NCBI GenBank assembly: GCA_951406725.2
Contig: OX597823.1
Location: 24,552,001 to 24,616,000 of the forward strand
DNA from: Octopus vulgaris
Taxonomy: Eukaryota
Length of the DNA stretch: 64,000 bases
Reading direction: 5' to 3'
The notes under the pieces are model-generated. The model searched no databases. It had not been told where the DNA came from and saw only the letters and a list, made by a program, of their open reading frames with translations. Positions 1 through 64,000 of this stretch are shown piece by piece. The position numbers were made by a program, and so were the translations under genes. The stretch's first letter is position 1. The number at the start of each line of letters is the position of its first letter.

Positions 1-496
1 TAATTGTTGAATTCATTGTGGTGTGAGATTAGGCTTGCTGCATATATTACAAACAGAAGCAACACTCTTAAATATTTAACACCATATTTAAGGGAAGGTT
101 AAACATGAATACAAACATAAATCATCAAATTCTCACTGATAAAGAGACCAGGAATTAAGAATCAACTAAACTGTGATTGCTCGGCCATTACTTATCTTTA
201 AAGTTTGCTCATTATTTGCTTGATTTGCTTGATGAAAGCTGAGTTTCAGATGCCATGAGGGATCAGGTAGATATCTAACACTAAACGACTTAACTGGAAA
301 AAAAGTGTGAATCTGCAGCACTTGAGATGATGTTCTACTTTGTAGTCTACTCTCCTGCAAACTGGTTGTTTGGAAAAAAAAAGTGGTGTTCACATTAATC
401 TTGCATGTCCCAATAGTGGTGTAATCATGATGGGGAACTGATCATTTAGTGAAAAAGGTTCAAATCCTAGGGCTCACTGCAATATAAAGAACAAGT

Positions 497-1130
497 TTGA
501 AAAATTTTACTACCGTGTTATGGAGGGTGTTGCTGAATCACCAGATATGCATGTTCAACATCAAGAACCAGAAGTTATTTTCAGAACTTTGTTTAACAGA
601 ATTTTGTATGAAGTTATTGTCCACACTGAGCAAATATTTAAAACACCATCTTTTAAAACCTTTTGGTTCAGATTTATCAGTTGTTGAATCCAAAGTTTTT
701 CCATGCTTATGAAAGCATTTCCATCCATGGGTGTCTATGAAAACATACTGGATTTAGGTAGATTGAAATGCAAGGTAAGATTAGTTTGTGCTTCAAGTTT
801 TGCAAAACAAGTGTCAAACCTCCAAGAAGGCACAGGCATAATATGGGAGTTTGAACTAAATCACGCTCTGGCCAAAGTAACAAAATTGTTATGTCTTTTT
901 CTGATCATACCTGTCACATCTGATCCCATTGAGAAACGACTTTCTTCATTTAAGCAAATAAATAATTATATTACCTGTTCTCAAAGTGAAGAGAGATTCA
1001 GTAATTTGGTCTTCATTTCCATGATTAAAAGAACTTCTGAAGATGAAAGTAGAGTGTGGTGCTGATTTTATACCAAAGTGACCAATAAATTTGCCAATAA
1101 GTAATAAAGAAGTGAATTGATTTATGAATA
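497..1130 (+). mobile_element. Degenerate hAT-superfamily transposase C-terminal (dimerisation region) relic
   Basis: LFLIIPVTSDPIEKRLSSFKQINNYITCSQSEERFSNLVFISM resembles the hAT motif L-x-IPVTS-x3-ERSFS-x-LKRIK-x-YLR-x4-Q-x-RL-x2-L-x-L; frame disrupted. Confidence 0.65.
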
Positions 1131-1599
1131 AATTTTAAATAGCTCGTTATATTTAGGTTCTCTCATGTTCTCAGATTTCACTTATAACCAGTAATAGTCA
1201 TCATGGCAATCCCTTCACCAGGGTATTGTTAATGAGGGAACATTAAAACTAGTGGAGAGGATATCAAGCTCCAAGTGTGGCCTGTTAGTAGGAAAGCATT
1301 TTCACACATTAAAATTAGCATATCGCATTCAGCTTTTGGTGAGGAGGACAAGAAGGTTCCACTCCCTTAGAAATTGGCCTACATCATGGATTGCATGTTC
1401 TGGTTTCCAAATAACCTTCATTACTGATGTGAGTGTGTGCTTGTGTGTGCATGTGTGCATATGCGTCTGTGTGTGTATGCAAATGATTCAGTTTTATTTA
1501 GTCAATAACTTTTACTCTAAATTTGTTACTATCTCCTCATTCTCCCTTTCCTCCTGTCATAAACTCAAAATTGATATGAATTTCTCTCATCACTTCCAG

Positions 1600-62546
<60,947 letters not shown>

Positions 62547-64000
62547 GTAATGTAAATAGGTTCTCTTTTTGACTCTATCTCAGTAATTTTGTTTTAGCTT
62601 TGTGTTCAATTTCTATGTCAGAGGAAGTCTGACTGTATCCATAAAAATTTCCATTGTTCATGACTGGTAGGAGGGTCAGAGGTAGTTATCTTCAGACCAA
62701 AGACCTTCCTAAATGCTTGCAGCACAGTGGGCTTCATTAAAGATATTGAAGAGCCAGGTAATGTTATTAATTTGGTATATGGGTTAAGTCTGTCAAACAA
62801 GAGCAGTATACGAGGAAGTGTGTTCTTTCCAGCAGGCTTAGCATAGTTTCCATCCACCAAATTTCATTCAAAATCTTTACTCATGAAATAGATTTTTGAC
62901 CATGCAGCCATAAGTCCAGACACTACCACATTCTTGTTAAGTAAACTTGTTACATCCACAGCTCTATCTCAGCCAATCTAGGTATTTTTTTCCTTAAATT
63001 CTACCCTCAGCTTTCTTCCCCATACTTTGTTTCATTCTCTGATACTCTGTACAATACAATTCACTGAATTTTTCTTTGCTAGAATTCAGCAATCCAAAAC
63101 TTCTGATCCTCAAATGGTCATCCATTCCACCATCCTTAATCATAATGAGACAAATAATAATTGTGGTTCCTGATAAAAAGAGCATCAATAATTTTTCTAT
63201 AGAAGGATGTTAGTCAGTATCATTACCTCCAATACTTGGTTGCTATTTTTTGTTGTTGACCCACTCCCATTTAGCTGAATTTGAACTGAAATCAGGAAGA
63301 GTTTGGATAAATACCATACAGCTTTTCTTTCAACTTTTTATTTGGTATCCATGTATACATTAAAGATAAAGATGAGAATGATGATGTAATTCTGATGAAT
63401 TGAAAATGAAAATTGCAGAATGCCACTATCAAAGACTACATGAACTCCAAGGACAAGACTCCTCTCCAGTTAATATTGTGGCATACAGGTTTATGCACTG
63501 TGTGACCCACCCATTCTCACATTTCTTTCAATAATTTTTGCTGGGGGAGAATATCTTCTTCTCCATCCTCATCTTCTTTACAAGTAAAACATGAAAAATA
63601 CAGATTAGGGATTGACCAAAGAGAAAAGTCCTCATTGTTATACCTTTCAACCTCATTCACCACAAACCTCTTTTGCTATAGCTAGCAGACAGGGCTAAAG
63701 GGACTTCTCTGCTCAGTTAGAGGAGGATGTGAGGTAAACATAATGATGGACTTGAATGCCAGCTGGGCCTGTCTCATGCATGATACCTGCTGTTTGACAT
63801 AAACCTACAAGTCAATAATGCCTGGACACTGACAGACATGTAAAATTAATTTGTTCTACCATGAACAGCACTGTCTGTTAGAACTTCTATGACTACATTT
63901 TATCTTGGTTTTGTAGAGCAATTTGATAACACTCTCAAGGGCTCCAACAAGTTGCCCATAGTATTTCATGGCCAAAAAGTTCTTTGAAACAAATTTCCCA

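Overview
AT-rich, microsatellite- and transposon-rich animal DNA. The SINE/RTE/Penelope repertoire points to a coleoid cephalopod such as Octopus (inference). The main feature is the interior of one large + strand gene, which the ORF track catches only in part. It has 14 intact exons, all with AG/GT boundaries and all phase 1-1, each encoding one small disulfide-bonded extracellular domain: 6 short Sushi/CCP exons (S) and 8 PAN/Apple exons of two subtypes (A, B). Their order is S1-A1-B1-S2-S3-A2-B2-S4-A3-B3-S5-A4-B4-S6, totalling 2910 nt (~970 aa) with no stops; the start and stop codons lie outside the window. The array grew by nested tandem duplication: an S-A-B module, then a two-module unit, then a ~60.8 kb repeat whose ends (~1033-3190 and ~61834-64000) are nearly identical. 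In that youngest pair the Sushi exon has diverged about 10%, almost all non-synonymously, against about 2-3% in the upstream intron. Introns hold two Penelope-like elements, RTE and CR1/L2-group LINEs stacked in a (TA)n tract, Gypsy, hAT and mariner relics, tRNA-derived SINEs and two AT-rich foldback palindromes.
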